64,000 nt of DNA from Penicillus capitatus (lineage: Eukaryota > Plantae > Chlorophyta), in assembly GCA_965649825.1 (NCBI GenBank), contig OZ287698.1, positions 1,069,949 through 1,133,948 of the forward strand, read 5' to 3'. Shown piece after piece: positions 11,849-23,535 of the stretch. The notes under the pieces were generated by a model. That model was not told the DNA's origin. It searched no databases and was given only the letters and a program-made list of their open reading frames with translations. Every line of letters begins with the position of its first letter. The stretch's first letter is position 1. The translations under genes were made by a program, and so were the position numbers.

Positions 11849-14800
11849 GCGCACCCGGAGGCGAAGGTCCCCAGGGAGCTCCCACGCAGGCGATCCCCTG
11901 CACCTCTTACTGGTAAAGTGCTCTCATACAAGGACGTCGCCACTGCCGCTCCTAAGACATCCCCAGCGCCCCAGATTGATGACAACCGAACCGAGATGCT
12001 TCGCCGGCGCCGCGAAGTCTTCGGAGAGCTCAAGAAGACAAACAAAGCAGATGAACGAGCCTTCCGACTGCTCCAACCTTCCAATCGTCTCCCGATGGCA
12101 CTTGGCCTGGTAGGCAAGGTGTTCCTGGAGGGTATCAAATGGAAACAGTCAGAAGCCTCACCAATTGAAGACATTAGAAAAGACGCGCGGAAATTTCTAC
12201 GTGCAAATCAAACAAGCACAGTTCAGATTCGTCGCCAAAAGAGTCCAAGAGGGCCGCAACGCAGACCAAAGCATTGACTTGCCTTCCCTGGGCCCCACGC
12301 TCGTTAAGGATCCACGTAAATGCGACCGAGCTGGCTTAATTCCGGCCGCTCTTACCAGAATACATCAAGACTGGACCCTTGATCAGGTCGCGGAGGAAAT
12401 CTGGGCATTCAACAAAGACAGATGGCAGTTAGGCCCCCATGCAACGCGTCAAGATAACCTGGTTCTGGAGCGCCGTCTGGCTCGCAGGGACCCGAACTCG
12501 GATGACCCCTCAGCCCGTATTCCCTGTCGGCAAGATGGGGGGACGGCCCATAATGGGGACATGATGGAGTAAACACGGAAGGGAAAGGACCACTGAAGGG
12601 ACTGTCTGGCTGGTCAGGGGGCCATGCCGAGAAGGGGTGCTCGAGGTCGTGTCAGTGGGGGTCTTGGGCCTGAGGGGGCCACGAGTCTCTGGCTCGGGGC
12701 GAGGGGTGACTCACCAGCTTCGGGGGTCACATCGCACGAATGGTTTAAAAGGGGAGGGAACGCTAGGTCGATAAGCTGTCTGAGACTGTGTTTGTTGTAA
12801 CGTTCGGATCCTAAGGTTCAGTCTGGCTGATAAAGACGAGCCACGCCCGGTTACGCACGCGACAGTCCATTACCCACCACTGTCACAGGGTTCGCCCTAC
12901 CTATCTGCGCTACGGTTCTGGAGGGAGGGAGAGCGTCGGAGTGTGGACGCGTCTGACCTATTCCAGCGGGGCGCTGACCAAGTGGTGCATAACGCCGGGT
13001 TATACGATTCCCGACGCAGCTCCATTCACGGCGAACAACACGAGTTCGCGGACGAGGCCGGTCCATCTACTCGACCAGGCGAGGGAGATAGTCAGTCATC
13101 CCGTCGAGCGGAACATCTCTCCAGCGGTACCCCTCATCAAGACCGACATTCCCAGCCAAACGATCAAGGTATGGCTCTCTAAAGAACTAGCTGCACAGAT
13201 CGAGCGAGACGGATGCGCCATCAGATTTGACTACCAAGTACATGAGGTGCGGCACTTTGAGGACTCGTCAGGTCGCCAACAGGCGACCCGCTCATTATGA
13301 GCAGCCCATCCTCACCCGGCACAGCACTCAGTCGTGATCACCCGCAGAGTAGTCGGCCGACACTCCCCCCTTTAAGGACCTGTTCTCTCCTTAAAGGCTG
13401 GCAGATCAACCTGCACAACAGTCAACGAGCATTGGACATTCTCTCGAAACATTTGGAGGAAGATCGACAGGTCGGGGTGGTGGCAATCTGTGAACCGCCC
13501 TGGTTCCTGCGCAGAGGAAGCTCTATTCATCGTTTTCGGAATATCCGAGCCTTAGCGCATTCGGAAGAATAGACACTCGCGATCTGGCTCGTCAGAGAAG
13601 ATCTGGATGCAGCTCAGATCCCACTGAACAATGAAAGACTAGCAGCGGTGACGCTCAGATCGCGCGCTTGATTACCTGATATCAGCCTACATTCAACCCG
13701 TGACGGGCGCCGGGTGGCCAGAGCTCAAGACATGGCTAGAGGGACAGAAAGAAGGCAGAGATACTAGGTACAACGCCATCTGGCTCACCGGGGACTTCAA
13801 CTCAAGACACCCGATGTGGGGACCCGCCACAGCACCGATAACTAACGTGGCAGAGGAAATTATCTCGGCGATGGACGAACTGGATCTCAGCCTTCACAAC
13901 CAAACGGAGGTTCCAGCCACCTTCACCGGGGCAGCAGGAGAAAGTCATATAGACCTCTCTCTCCCGAAACATGCCGTCCTCGGTCAGCTGGAGTGTTCGA
14001 GAAGATCTGGAATCCTTGTCGGACCACCGGATCACGGAGACAGAATTTTTCATTGACAACGATCGTATACTCCAAGGGGCTCCGAGAAAAAGATGGCGTC
14101 ATGCAGATTGGCCCCAGATCGAAAAAGCTCTGGACCGCCTGCAGTCTCATTTGGTTACCCCAAGCGCTATCCTGAACTCAGCCTCGGAAGCGGCCTTCGA
14201 CAGCCAAATGAACGCCCTGCAGATCGAGCTGAGCACGGCAGCTGCTCCGCATGTGCCCCAAGGCAGGCCCTCCTCACAAAGAAAGCATTGGTGGAATGAG
14301 GATGTTGCCCGGGCTCATTCGACATTAAAGAAGGCCAAGAGGAAAGGAGAAAGACACAGAGGAACACATGGCTGGCTACCGGACTTCCTTCTGGCAGAGA
14401 TTGCCGCGGCGAGGTCACATCTTCAATCTGTCATTCGAGGACGAAAGAGGGAAGCCTGGAAGGACTTTCTGGCGGACAACAGCAGCACAACCAGAGACCT
14501 CTGGTCAACGTACAAAAGACTAACGAAGCCGACCGGAGTAGAGAAGATTGCTTTCCTAACAATCGGGAATGGAGAACTGGTGGAAGACCCGTCTGAGATC
14601 AGTGGATTACTCTTCCAGAAGTTCTTCCCGTCCAGCCCTGAGCCAGAAGCACAGAGAACGTACGCTGTGACATGCCCTCCTCCACACGTGTCGGTTGCTG
14701 AAGCCAGAAGAGCCTTCGAGGGCGGACGGTCATTTGCCGCCCCTGGCCCTGATGGTCTTCCTAAGGCCCTTATCTCGCGCGCCTTCCGGAAATCCCCAGA

Positions 14801-17236
14801 GGTTTTCGCGGCCATTGCCACCAGATCGCTTCAACTGGGCTTTCTTCCTCGGACTTGGCAACAATCGGAGATCATCTGCATACCGAAGAAAGCAAATCCT
14901 CGCAAGGAACTAGCACTTCTGCGTCCAATAAGCCTCATTGGTTCGATTGCAAAATGTGTGCACCAGATTGTCGCGCAGCGACTGGCACAGTTTCTCGAGT
15001 CAAAGAATGGCCTCTCGTGTAGACAGTTCGGTTTCAGAGTGGGGAGAGGGGTAGTGGACGCTCTGGTGGAATCTACGGACTTTATCGAAAGGCACACAGG
15101 GATAGGCCGTGCAGTATATGGGGTTACTTTGGATATCAAAGTGGCCTTTGATAGCATCCGACCCTCGGCGACACTGGATGCTCTGGAGCGTCTCGACACA
15201 CCCCCATACCTTATGCGATGGATGCAAGCTTTTCTCAGCAACAGGGAAGCCAAGCTGGATCTCGAGAGGGGAAGCTTCTCACACGCCCCGTCTATCGGGT
15301 CGCCGCAGGGAAGCCCTTTATCCCCCCTGCTTTTCATCATAGGCATGGATCCGATCCTGGAACTGGCTCAAGACACAGAGGCCCTGCACATACAAGCTTA
15401 TGTTGATGATATTCTGGTTTTGAGCACAGCTCCGACTGAAAGATCAGCGCAGCTAAAGCTTCAGGCGACCCTAGACCGCATGAACTCTTGGGCTCAAGAC
15501 AGAGGTCTGATCTTCGCTCCAGAGAAATGCTTTCAGATTCGATTCGTGAAAAGAAGATAACGGACTGACTCTCTCCCCGTATCCCTACGTGGTCAGCAAC
15601 TCAACAAGAAAACCGCCATTCTGTACCTTGGAGAATGGCTGGATGAGACGACCTCCTGGAACACGCAAGTGGCCAGCGCAGCTGGGAAAGTCCGCACGCG
15701 CCTGGACTGGATTCGGCGAATGACAGGCCCGACCTGGGGCGTGTTACCTGAAGCCGTTGAGAAGCTGGTCAGCAGGGTTATTGAACCAGCTGCATATTTC
15801 GGAGCAGAAGTGTGGCAAAGGGCAGCTTACAATGAACGGACAGCGGGTCCTCTGGAGAAAGTCATGAGACAGGCATGCTTACTCTTAGCGGGAACATTCA
15901 GGACCACCTCATACCCCTCAGCCTACTCGCTAGCAGGGGTCCGCCTGCCCACCCAACAAATTGTGCAACAAGCGCTGTACTTTGATGCCAGGAGAAGACA
16001 CAGAATGCCGGCTACCCCGATGTTTCTTCAAGCCAGAATCGAACGCTCAGCTGGTCAATGTTACCGCAGAATTGCGTGGTCCCGCTGGCAGAGAGCTACT
16101 CCTCGAAGACCTCTGGAAATCCCACCTCAACGGATCCATCCGTGGTCTCCGATACCGCCCTCCCAACTGGAACTCCTCTCAGGCCCTGCTTCAATACCGG
16201 CCTCTGAACGCCCAGACTGGATATTGTCTGTCTCGACACAACAAGACAGAATCCGTCACCGCCTCGGCACCAGCTGGGGACTCTTTCAAGGAGACAACCG
16301 ACAGGGTGAAAGCTGGTGGGATCCTGACTGGACGTCGGAGGAGCTCTCCACGCTTGTGAGTCTGTACAAGGGTCTGTGCACCCTAAAAGAGCGGCTGACC
16401 TCGACAGCACCGAATCGAAGACAAAGCCTGGTAGTAATCGTCGACTCGAACCGAATCCAGAAAGCAGCTCTAAGCTGGACCAACGTCTCAGAAACCGGCA
16501 TCCAGATACAACAAGAACTTCTTGATTGGGCCATGGATGGCCACTTGATCTCCTGGGCAACTCAGAAATGGAAACCCGGTTTGTTCTATGCCCTGTCAGA
16601 GTGGAGACGGGCAACCGCTATCACAGAAGACAGCAGTGGCGGCCCAAAGGGCATTCTCCCGGACAGATCATGGATCAAGCACCGGATCGCGCACTTTCTG
16701 AATAAGGAGGCAGCAAAGGACATCAAACAGCGAAACACCAGCTTCCATCTGACGGCGCACCTGACGAATTTCCGACGAGGGCACTTCCCTGGGAAATACC
16801 TTGAGAGAACCCAGGCTTCCAGACTCTCGCAGTTCGCAGCAAACCATTTCCCCTCGAAACAATACCTGTTCAGATTTGGAGCCGTGGCCGAATCTCCGGA
16901 ATGCTCATGTGGAGCGGCGCTAGAAGACAGAGATCACCTCTTACTGGAATGCCCTTTGTTTCATGAAGCACGAAGGAAGCTCCAGCGACAGATTCCGGGA
17001 ACGCTCTCAACTGCGTGCATTTTCCAGTTTCCGAAAGAGATGTCGGAGTTCGTAGAAGACATCAGTGCCAAGTGGAGACAAGAAGGAAGAAGTTGGTGCA
17101 ACTCCTAATCCAGGCTGCCTTGCATCTTTAATTCGGGATGACACGTTTGATACATGGATTCTTGGTTTTCACTCAATGTACAGACGCACTCCTGATCTTC
17201 ACAAAAAGGAGTTGTAAAAGCCCACAATCAAAAAAA
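11849..17236 (+). mobile_element. Non-LTR retrotransposon (LINE A; I/R1/Tad1-like, APE-RT-RNH-like), decayed
   Basis: 14-bp TSD ATACAACCTTCCGT (11835-11848, 17237-17250) and short A tail. ORF1, then APE (GDFNSRHPMWG), RT ([12 protein letters not shown]) and C-terminal CSCG...DHLLLECP. Stops at about 13570 and 15558 plus frameshifts. Confidence 0.95.
12525..13148. mobile_element. Solo LTR (624 bp) inserted in LINE A ORF1
   Basis: Ends TGTCGG...CCGACA with a 5-bp TSD TTCCC (12520-12524, 13149-13153). Removal restores ORF1 as PSARIP|SQTIKVWLSKEL. TATA-like TTTAAAA at 12744-12750. Confidence 0.85.
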
Positions 17237-19978
17237 ATACAACCTTCCGTTGAAGATCGCCGGCATCCCAAACAAGATTTCGTTCTTACTGGACACCGGT
17301 GCAGAGACTAACGTTTTGTCGGAATCCTTAGCAAGGACCCATCAATTTGTCTTGAACGAGACAGCAACAAAGGAAATCTCTGGATTTGACAATAGCACCA
17401 ACAAACCGTTAGGAGAAGTCAAGTTAGATTGTTCTCTTGGCGACAAGGAGACACAACTCTCGTTTTTGTTATGCAAGGGGGTGACAAAACCAATTCTGGG
17501 GTTAGAAGCTTTACAAACGCTAGGCCTCCGTTTAGACTGCAAACAAGATTGTGTTTTTGATAGTGACGGTAGAAAGATTCTGATTCACCAAGTATCTTTG
17601 CCAAAAAACTGAAAAAAGAGCCTGTTTTTCAGCAGGCGATAAAAAACAAAGAGAAAGGGGGAAGAAAAAAGATTAGTTCTCATTAATCATAATTGGAGCA
17701 AAAAGGGAAAAAAGGAACAAAGAGAAAGCTCAAGTGCTGGTTGTCTCCAAGTCACTGAGGAGATCAAACCGGAATTTTTTCCTTTTAAGAAGAATGGGTG
17801 GATTATCTTTGTAGCTGGGAGGAGTATAGTCTTAGGGCCTTTTCGGAGTAAGAAGATTATCTTACCTTTTGGATTTTCTGGAGACACAGAATGGAAAGCA
17901 ATGTTTGACTGTACACAGAATAAAGGAATATTCTGCCGATGCAAGATTTATACAAATGGGCAGATAAGTATAGTAATTTACAACCAAACTGACGTTCCAC
18001 AGCATATCACGAGCAAAATGAAATTAATCTGTGGAAAGGCGGATATAGATTGGATTGTCGATGTGAACGGAGTGAGGCGTGCATTAAGGAACGATACGAA
18101 GAGAATACAAATGGTGACGAGTTCAGTAGAAAAGCACGACACGTTGAGTCTAGTACAGAGGTTAAAAGAAATGTTTCCAAATGTGTTCTGTGACAAGGTT
18201 AGATCAGCCAATGGGAATTTACTGCGTATTAGAGTTAGCGAAAGAGATTTATTATGGAATTATGAACCAAAACCTTGTTGGCGAGAGAATTATTTTTCAG
18301 ATTTGACCGAAAAGGAGATTACCGAAGAGATAGAGTCGTTACTTGAGGAAGAAATCATTCGAGTGTTATCCACGGATGAAGCAATCCATGCAGTCGTGGC
18401 ACCTTTGAATTTTTTGAGAAAGCCAAATGGAAAAATAAGACCGACTATTGACTTCAGAGATAGCAACACATATCTAAAAGGGAGGGAGTCAGGGTGGCAC
18501 AATAACCCCGGTAGCTGACACAATTAGTAAAATCAATCCTAGTTGGACTGTTTTTAACATTGTTGACGTGGTTCATGGGTACGGTTCAATACCAATAGAC
18601 GATAGTCTGTCTAAGTTTTTTGCATTGCATTGGAAGGGGATAACATATGGTTTCCGTAGACTTCCGCAGGGTGTTAACATAAGTCCGGAGCTCTTTAATA
18701 ATAGAATGACTCACATTCTGCAAGGACTAGACGTGATAAGATATTTTGACGATATATTAATGGATGGAGAAACAGTGAATGATCTCTTTGAAAAGACTAG
18801 GCTGCTATTACAGCGTTTTGATGAATACGGTCTGACGATTAACATACAAAAATGTGATTGGTTCAAGAGCTCCGTGAGTTTTTTTGGGTACAGAACTGAA
18901 TAATGGCACCATCAACCCATACCACAAGCTGCAAGCCATTTTACAGAAGTTGCCAAGGATAGAATCACGCCATGACGTTCAAAGAGCAGTGGGGCTGTGT
19001 CAACAAGTCGCACCATATTGCTACAAATACACGTATGTCATGAATGAGCTGAAGCCGTTTCTTAAAAGAGAAAATAATGATTACAAACAAGCGAATAAGA
19101 TTTTTCAAGAGACAGTAACCGATTTGTGTATCAATGCATACAGATTGACACTAAAGAGGGTGGGTCCGTTTCATTTGTACACCGATTGGTGTGGAAACCC
19201 TTTGAATCAGTTTGGATTTGTTCTGTTCAATTCAGCTTTGCAGCCATGTGTTTTTGGTTCGTTTGCTACAAGCGAGAAGGTAAAAAGTTTTTTGGGGGAA
19301 TTGATGGGGATCGTGGAAGCTTTAAAGCAATGTTTTTACATGACAAAGGGATTTGCTGTTACCGTGTATTCGGATAACCAGGCCACAGTAGAGTGGCTGA
19401 GGGAGCCAACGTTTTTGCATAAATTCAAGGATTTGAGAATACGACGACAATATAGTTGGTTGAGACATCATTTTTCACTAGATAAATTAAACTTTCGTTT
19501 CGTAGAAGGGAAGGACAATGCGATCGCAGACATACTCAGTCGATGGAAGGTTACCAATCCAGTGGCCTCGGAAATCAACCAAAAAAATCAGGGCTACCAA
19601 GTTTGTACTATCGAGGTACAACAAGAAGCACAAGGTTGGCGTAGGGAAGCGATTGCTTGAGCACACAAAGGCCACTTTGGAATTAGAAAGACTTGGTTGA
19701 ATTTGAGGTCGGATGGGTTCAGGTGGGAAAATGATTACGAAGACGTCAAAAGTTTTGTTCAGACCTGTGATGTTTGCCAGCAATTTAGACAATTGCAACA
19801 CAACGTAGATTTAGGGATGATAGATAGTCCAACACCGAACCATACCTTGTGTTTAGATTTCATCGGTCCGTTACCTAGAGGAAGGCATGGTTATCGTTTT
19901 ATTGCAACCGGTATAGATGCATTTACCAAGTTTGGCACGGCGCAAGCATCTAAAACGTGTTCTACTACTCAGATTATA

Positions 19979-20148
19979 AAGCTGCTGAAGAACTGGATTG
20001 CATTGAATGGCCCACCGGAACGTATTCTGTGTGACAATGGAGCAGCATTCATCTCAAAAGAGTAAGCTGCTGAAGAACTGGATTGCATTGAATGGCCCAC
20101 CGGAACGTATTCTGTGTGACAATGGAGCAGCATTCATCTCAAAAGAGT
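19979..20148 (+). repeat. 85-bp tandem duplication in the integrase core
   Basis: 19979-20063 is repeated at 20064-20148, creating a TAA and a frameshift. Confidence 0.9.
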
Positions 20149-20697
20149 TTGAGAGTTTCTGTGAGCGACACGGCGTTGACATCATTCACACACCGGCGTA
20201 TGCACATAAAAGCGCCGGCACAATTGAAGCGTACAACAGGAACTTCGTCAATCGTCTAAAGAGAATTTGGAAAGAGAAAAGAGGAGACTGGACCGAACAC
20301 ATCAACGAATGTGTGCAAGAAATAAATCGAACAGTGCATTGCACTACTCTTTTCTGCCCAAGATATCTCCTTAAAGGAATTCACAGAAGTGGCAGACTAG
20401 CCAATGATGATCAATTAGCAAAAGATCGAAAACTGGCTTACGAGAGAATCAAAAGAGCACACGAGCAGTCTGCGAAGAGATATGCAAAGAACGTCAAAGA
20501 TGTTCCTATTTACGAGGGCATGGAAGTATCTTGGTACAACTCCAAATTAGCTGATCGCTTAGACTCTAAGCTCTATTCTAAGTGGGTTTCTCCCTGTGTT
20601 TTGACAAAGAAACGTAGTGAACATCGTTGGGATATCGAACTGCCTGACGGGTCTTACCTCTATAACGTACATCGAGATTTTCTTCAACCATTTCGGC

Positions 20698-20711
20698 GAA
20701 AGATAGGTGGG
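20698..20711 (+). promoter_or_regulatory. Polypurine tract
   Basis: GAAAGATAGGTGGG lies 4 nt upstream of the 3' LTR. Confidence 0.6.
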
Positions 20712-20715
20712 CCCA

Positions 20716-20872
20716 TGTTCTAATGGAATACGACGAGAATAATCTAGAAAAAATGAACATTAAAACGGACGTGCTGGAACACAGGATTGTAATTGCGATC
20801 TGTACGTTTCACAAACGAACAGCCTACCGCGAACGCGCATTCCTTTACCCTTTCGAGCGAATTCTCACAACA
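20716..20872 (+). repeat. 3' LTR (157 bp)
   Basis: Matches 8963-9119 and is followed by TSD GTGT. Confidence 0.95.
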
Positions 20873-23044
20873 GTGTGCTCGGTGCAAGAATTTCGTCGAG
20901 TTAACGAACCGTGTATTTAACCTATCGAGTACGGCATGGCATCGAGGCGATGGTGATGTGGCTTCATCTATTGAATCCGATTATCCCTCTACAAACTAAA
21001 AACTCCAACGCTGTTTCAGACCGAAAGATCGCTGTTTGACGGCTGAATCAGTGTCGACGCCTATTGGTACATATATCATGTTAGTCAGACTTGTAACAAT
21101 ACGATTTCGATCTATTGATGTTTACATTATCCGGCTCTTGTTTGTGCCTTTCAGAAACACCTCTGTGGCGATTTTATTCCTCGCGTGACGTGAAGCGACA
21201 ATCAGTCTTGTTAGATTCATAAAATTCTCGTATCTTTCACATTTCCATGTGAGGTTCGACAGGCAGATTTCACACGATTTAGATTGCAAGACTGATAAAA
21301 ATCTTCGATTACCCGCGTTGGAATCGCCGCTGCACGAAGGAATTGAAGGTTCTTATCAAAAGTGCTCGTTAACAAAGACAGTGAAGACACGTGTTGGCTA
21401 GACTTCCTTGTGGGAACTCCAAAACATTCGTGGAGTGTTTAAGACGGTATAACCGAAAAGATATGCCACGCATTCTAGATCTGTTGCAAGCGAGGGCGTC
21501 CGTGTGGACAATAGGAAACTAGCTACCCTCATGTGAATGCAATGGTGTCTATGGAGCGGCCGTACCTTGTGGAAATCCTGTCAACGTTTGACCAATTGCC
21601 CCAACAGGGCGACTGTTGCGAGCTGTACAATTCACATTTTGATCAGTCTGGTTCTGTGCATTTGAAAGCATCAGCACTTTGCAGATGGTGTTGTTCGGGT
21701 TTGAAGAAATGACGAAGTTTCACGCTGGTTGAGACAAAAGAGCACGGTTGTTACCTTATCCAGCCCGCGTTCGTGGCGATAAAGTTACCGAAGCTGTTTC
21801 TTAAGCGATTGGCGAGTTTGTTATACATTCTTTTGAAGACAGAACTCTTGTTCTGCGCACGAACCATTGGTATTTTTTGTTATATGTGTCGCGAAGTCAG
21901 CTGTTACCTTATCCGCCACATCGTTGGGATTTCTGTCCGCTTCCGGTCATCTCCTCGTGATGGTACTTAGACAAATAACTGTCGTAAACGCTGTCTCGTC
22001 TGTAATTCTTCGTGCTTGTAGCAGCTTACCTTGACGGTATGCGGATAAGATTGGCACACATGTTTGTCTTCAAAGTGACAGACACGAAAACATTGTCGAG
22101 AAACTCGTTTCAGATTAGTGGCCGATCCTCTGCAGAATGTCAGGCGAAGATATCGAGGAAGCAGCACTCACCAGGAGAGAGGAGAGCCATCACACCCGAC
22201 TTAGAGTTCTCATCGCCCTGTCTGTCGAAGCATAAGCGAGAAAACGATCGTTTACGATTTCCCTGTCTTCATGGATCCGATGATGCATTGGGTCCACCAG
22301 CTCCACAACCAGGCCGTCATCTGGCGCATCGAAGGATGCGATAGCCTCCCACTCATCAACCATCGTTTCGTGTAAAGGCGGCTAATTTTTCTTCTGTTAT
22401 TTATCCGAGGCTGCAGAATGTACTGCCTTACTGGAGGATCAAGGTCAGTCCATCAACATTATCTGCTGCACATTGAATTGTTAAACAGGACGATGGAGAA
22501 AGATAGAGAGCCTTACTGCATGTCCAAGCTAGACAGGTCGCATTCCCGTATGAAGCAACCGGGAAGCAGAACATGCACATGCTTGTGCAGAAGCTGTTCG
22601 GGAATTGGCGACAGTCTTCAACGCTTAACACTCCAGGACCTCGAAATAAAATCGATCTTAGGCGGCACGCGAAATGCATCTGTACTGTTGAACGGAGGCT
22701 GTTTTCATTCGCAGGTCCGAAGTCCGATGATTATTCTCTGGAGGACGTGGTGAGCTAGAGGCAGCAGCGCAGGTGACGACGGCATGCAGCTGTACGACGC
22801 AAACACTCGACCTCCCGCACCGCGCTGCAGCGACCCGCGTCGTCTGGACACGCAAGCAGAGATCCGTCTGACGTCATGCTGCAGCAGCACGGCGGTGGAT
22901 CTCAGGATGATCCAGGTAATCCACACTGACTCAGCTTTACGGCATTTAACCTCGGATTCCGCCCGCAATTTCGTCGCTTTTGTTCTTCCGCCCGCAATTG
23001 TGCTGAGCGTTTGCTGAACCACGTCTGTTTCTTGAAACGTCAAC

Positions 23045-23535
23045 ATGAAGAACCTTGTCCTTTGTTTCTTCCTCTTCGGCGTCCTCGGCTCGACAGTCCA
23101 GGGTTATGTGACCGAAGAAGACGCGAGCAACGAGATGAATCCTGCCAACACCGTCCACCTCGGAGGTCGGATATCTCTCAGACTATAATGCAAGGGAAAC
23201 GCAAAGTGCTTCCGTCTTTACAGGCATTACGCTTAAGACAGGAAGTCACTTTTTCAGGGCAATTGGCGAAACCAGTAGCTGTCCAAAGATGCCAGAGCCA
23301 CCTGCACAGAGGCCCCCCCCGCGAGAAAAGCGTTACGATCACTTTCGGCGTCGAGTTCTCCAAACCTCCGACTGTCACCGCTTGGCTGACCAGATTGGAC
23401 ATCGATAAAAACTACAACGGCCGTTGGATTATCGAAGTGTCCGACATCACGACGACGAGCTGCGTCATTACCTTTAAGGTCTGGTGCAACACGTATGTCT
23501 ATGGCACCATTGTCGCATATCAAGCCATCGGGTAA
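23045..23535 (+). CDS. Secreted H-type lectin (GalNAc-binding family); frame ambiguity at a C8 run
   Basis: Signal peptide MKNLVLCFFLFGVLGSTVQG, intron from 23166, then TITFGVEFSKPPTVTAWLTRLDIDKNYNGRW...DITTTSCVITFKVWCNTYVY, which fits the H-lectin fold pattern. Confidence 0.8.

Larger units (their letters stand above)
17251..20723 (+). pseudogene. Gypsy protease and pol (dUTPase-like spacer, RT, RNase H, integrase), disrupted
   Basis: FLLDTGA; RLPQG...RYFDDIL; LYTDW...YSDNQ...NAIADILSR; H-KGH...CDVC, LDFIGP, CDNG and a degenerate GPY/F region. Frameshifts, a TGA at 19658 and an 85-bp duplication. No chromodomain. Confidence 0.92.
8963..20872 (+). mobile_element. Ty3/gypsy LTR retrotransposon (decayed, with nested LINE)
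   Basis: Two 157-bp LTRs (TGTT...AACA, 3 differences) and a 4-bp TSD GTGT (8959-8962, 20873-20876). PBS and PPT present. Domain order Gag(CCHC)-PR(LLDTGA)-RT(YFDD)-RNase H-IN(HHCC, D-D-E). Confidence 0.95.

Noticed and set aside
11849-11920. Possible HDV-like ribozyme at the LINE A 5' end (GC-rich hairpins, GGGAGCTCCC palindrome)
   Set aside because: I could not build the P1/P2/P3 double pseudoknot by eye; only simple hairpins. An Infernal or RNArobo search would settle it.
10535-19660. Idea that in-frame TAG/TAA codons in the elements reflect TAR=Gln recoding, as in some ulvophytes
   Set aside because: Host genes here end in TAA or TAG, LINE B ORF2 has about 1400 codons with no internal TAR, and a TGA stop and frameshifts also occur. 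Ordinary decay explains it.
20900-22900. About 2-kb region with scattered short ORFs downstream of the gypsy element
   Set aside because: No recognisable domain, repeat structure or terminal repeats that I can support.
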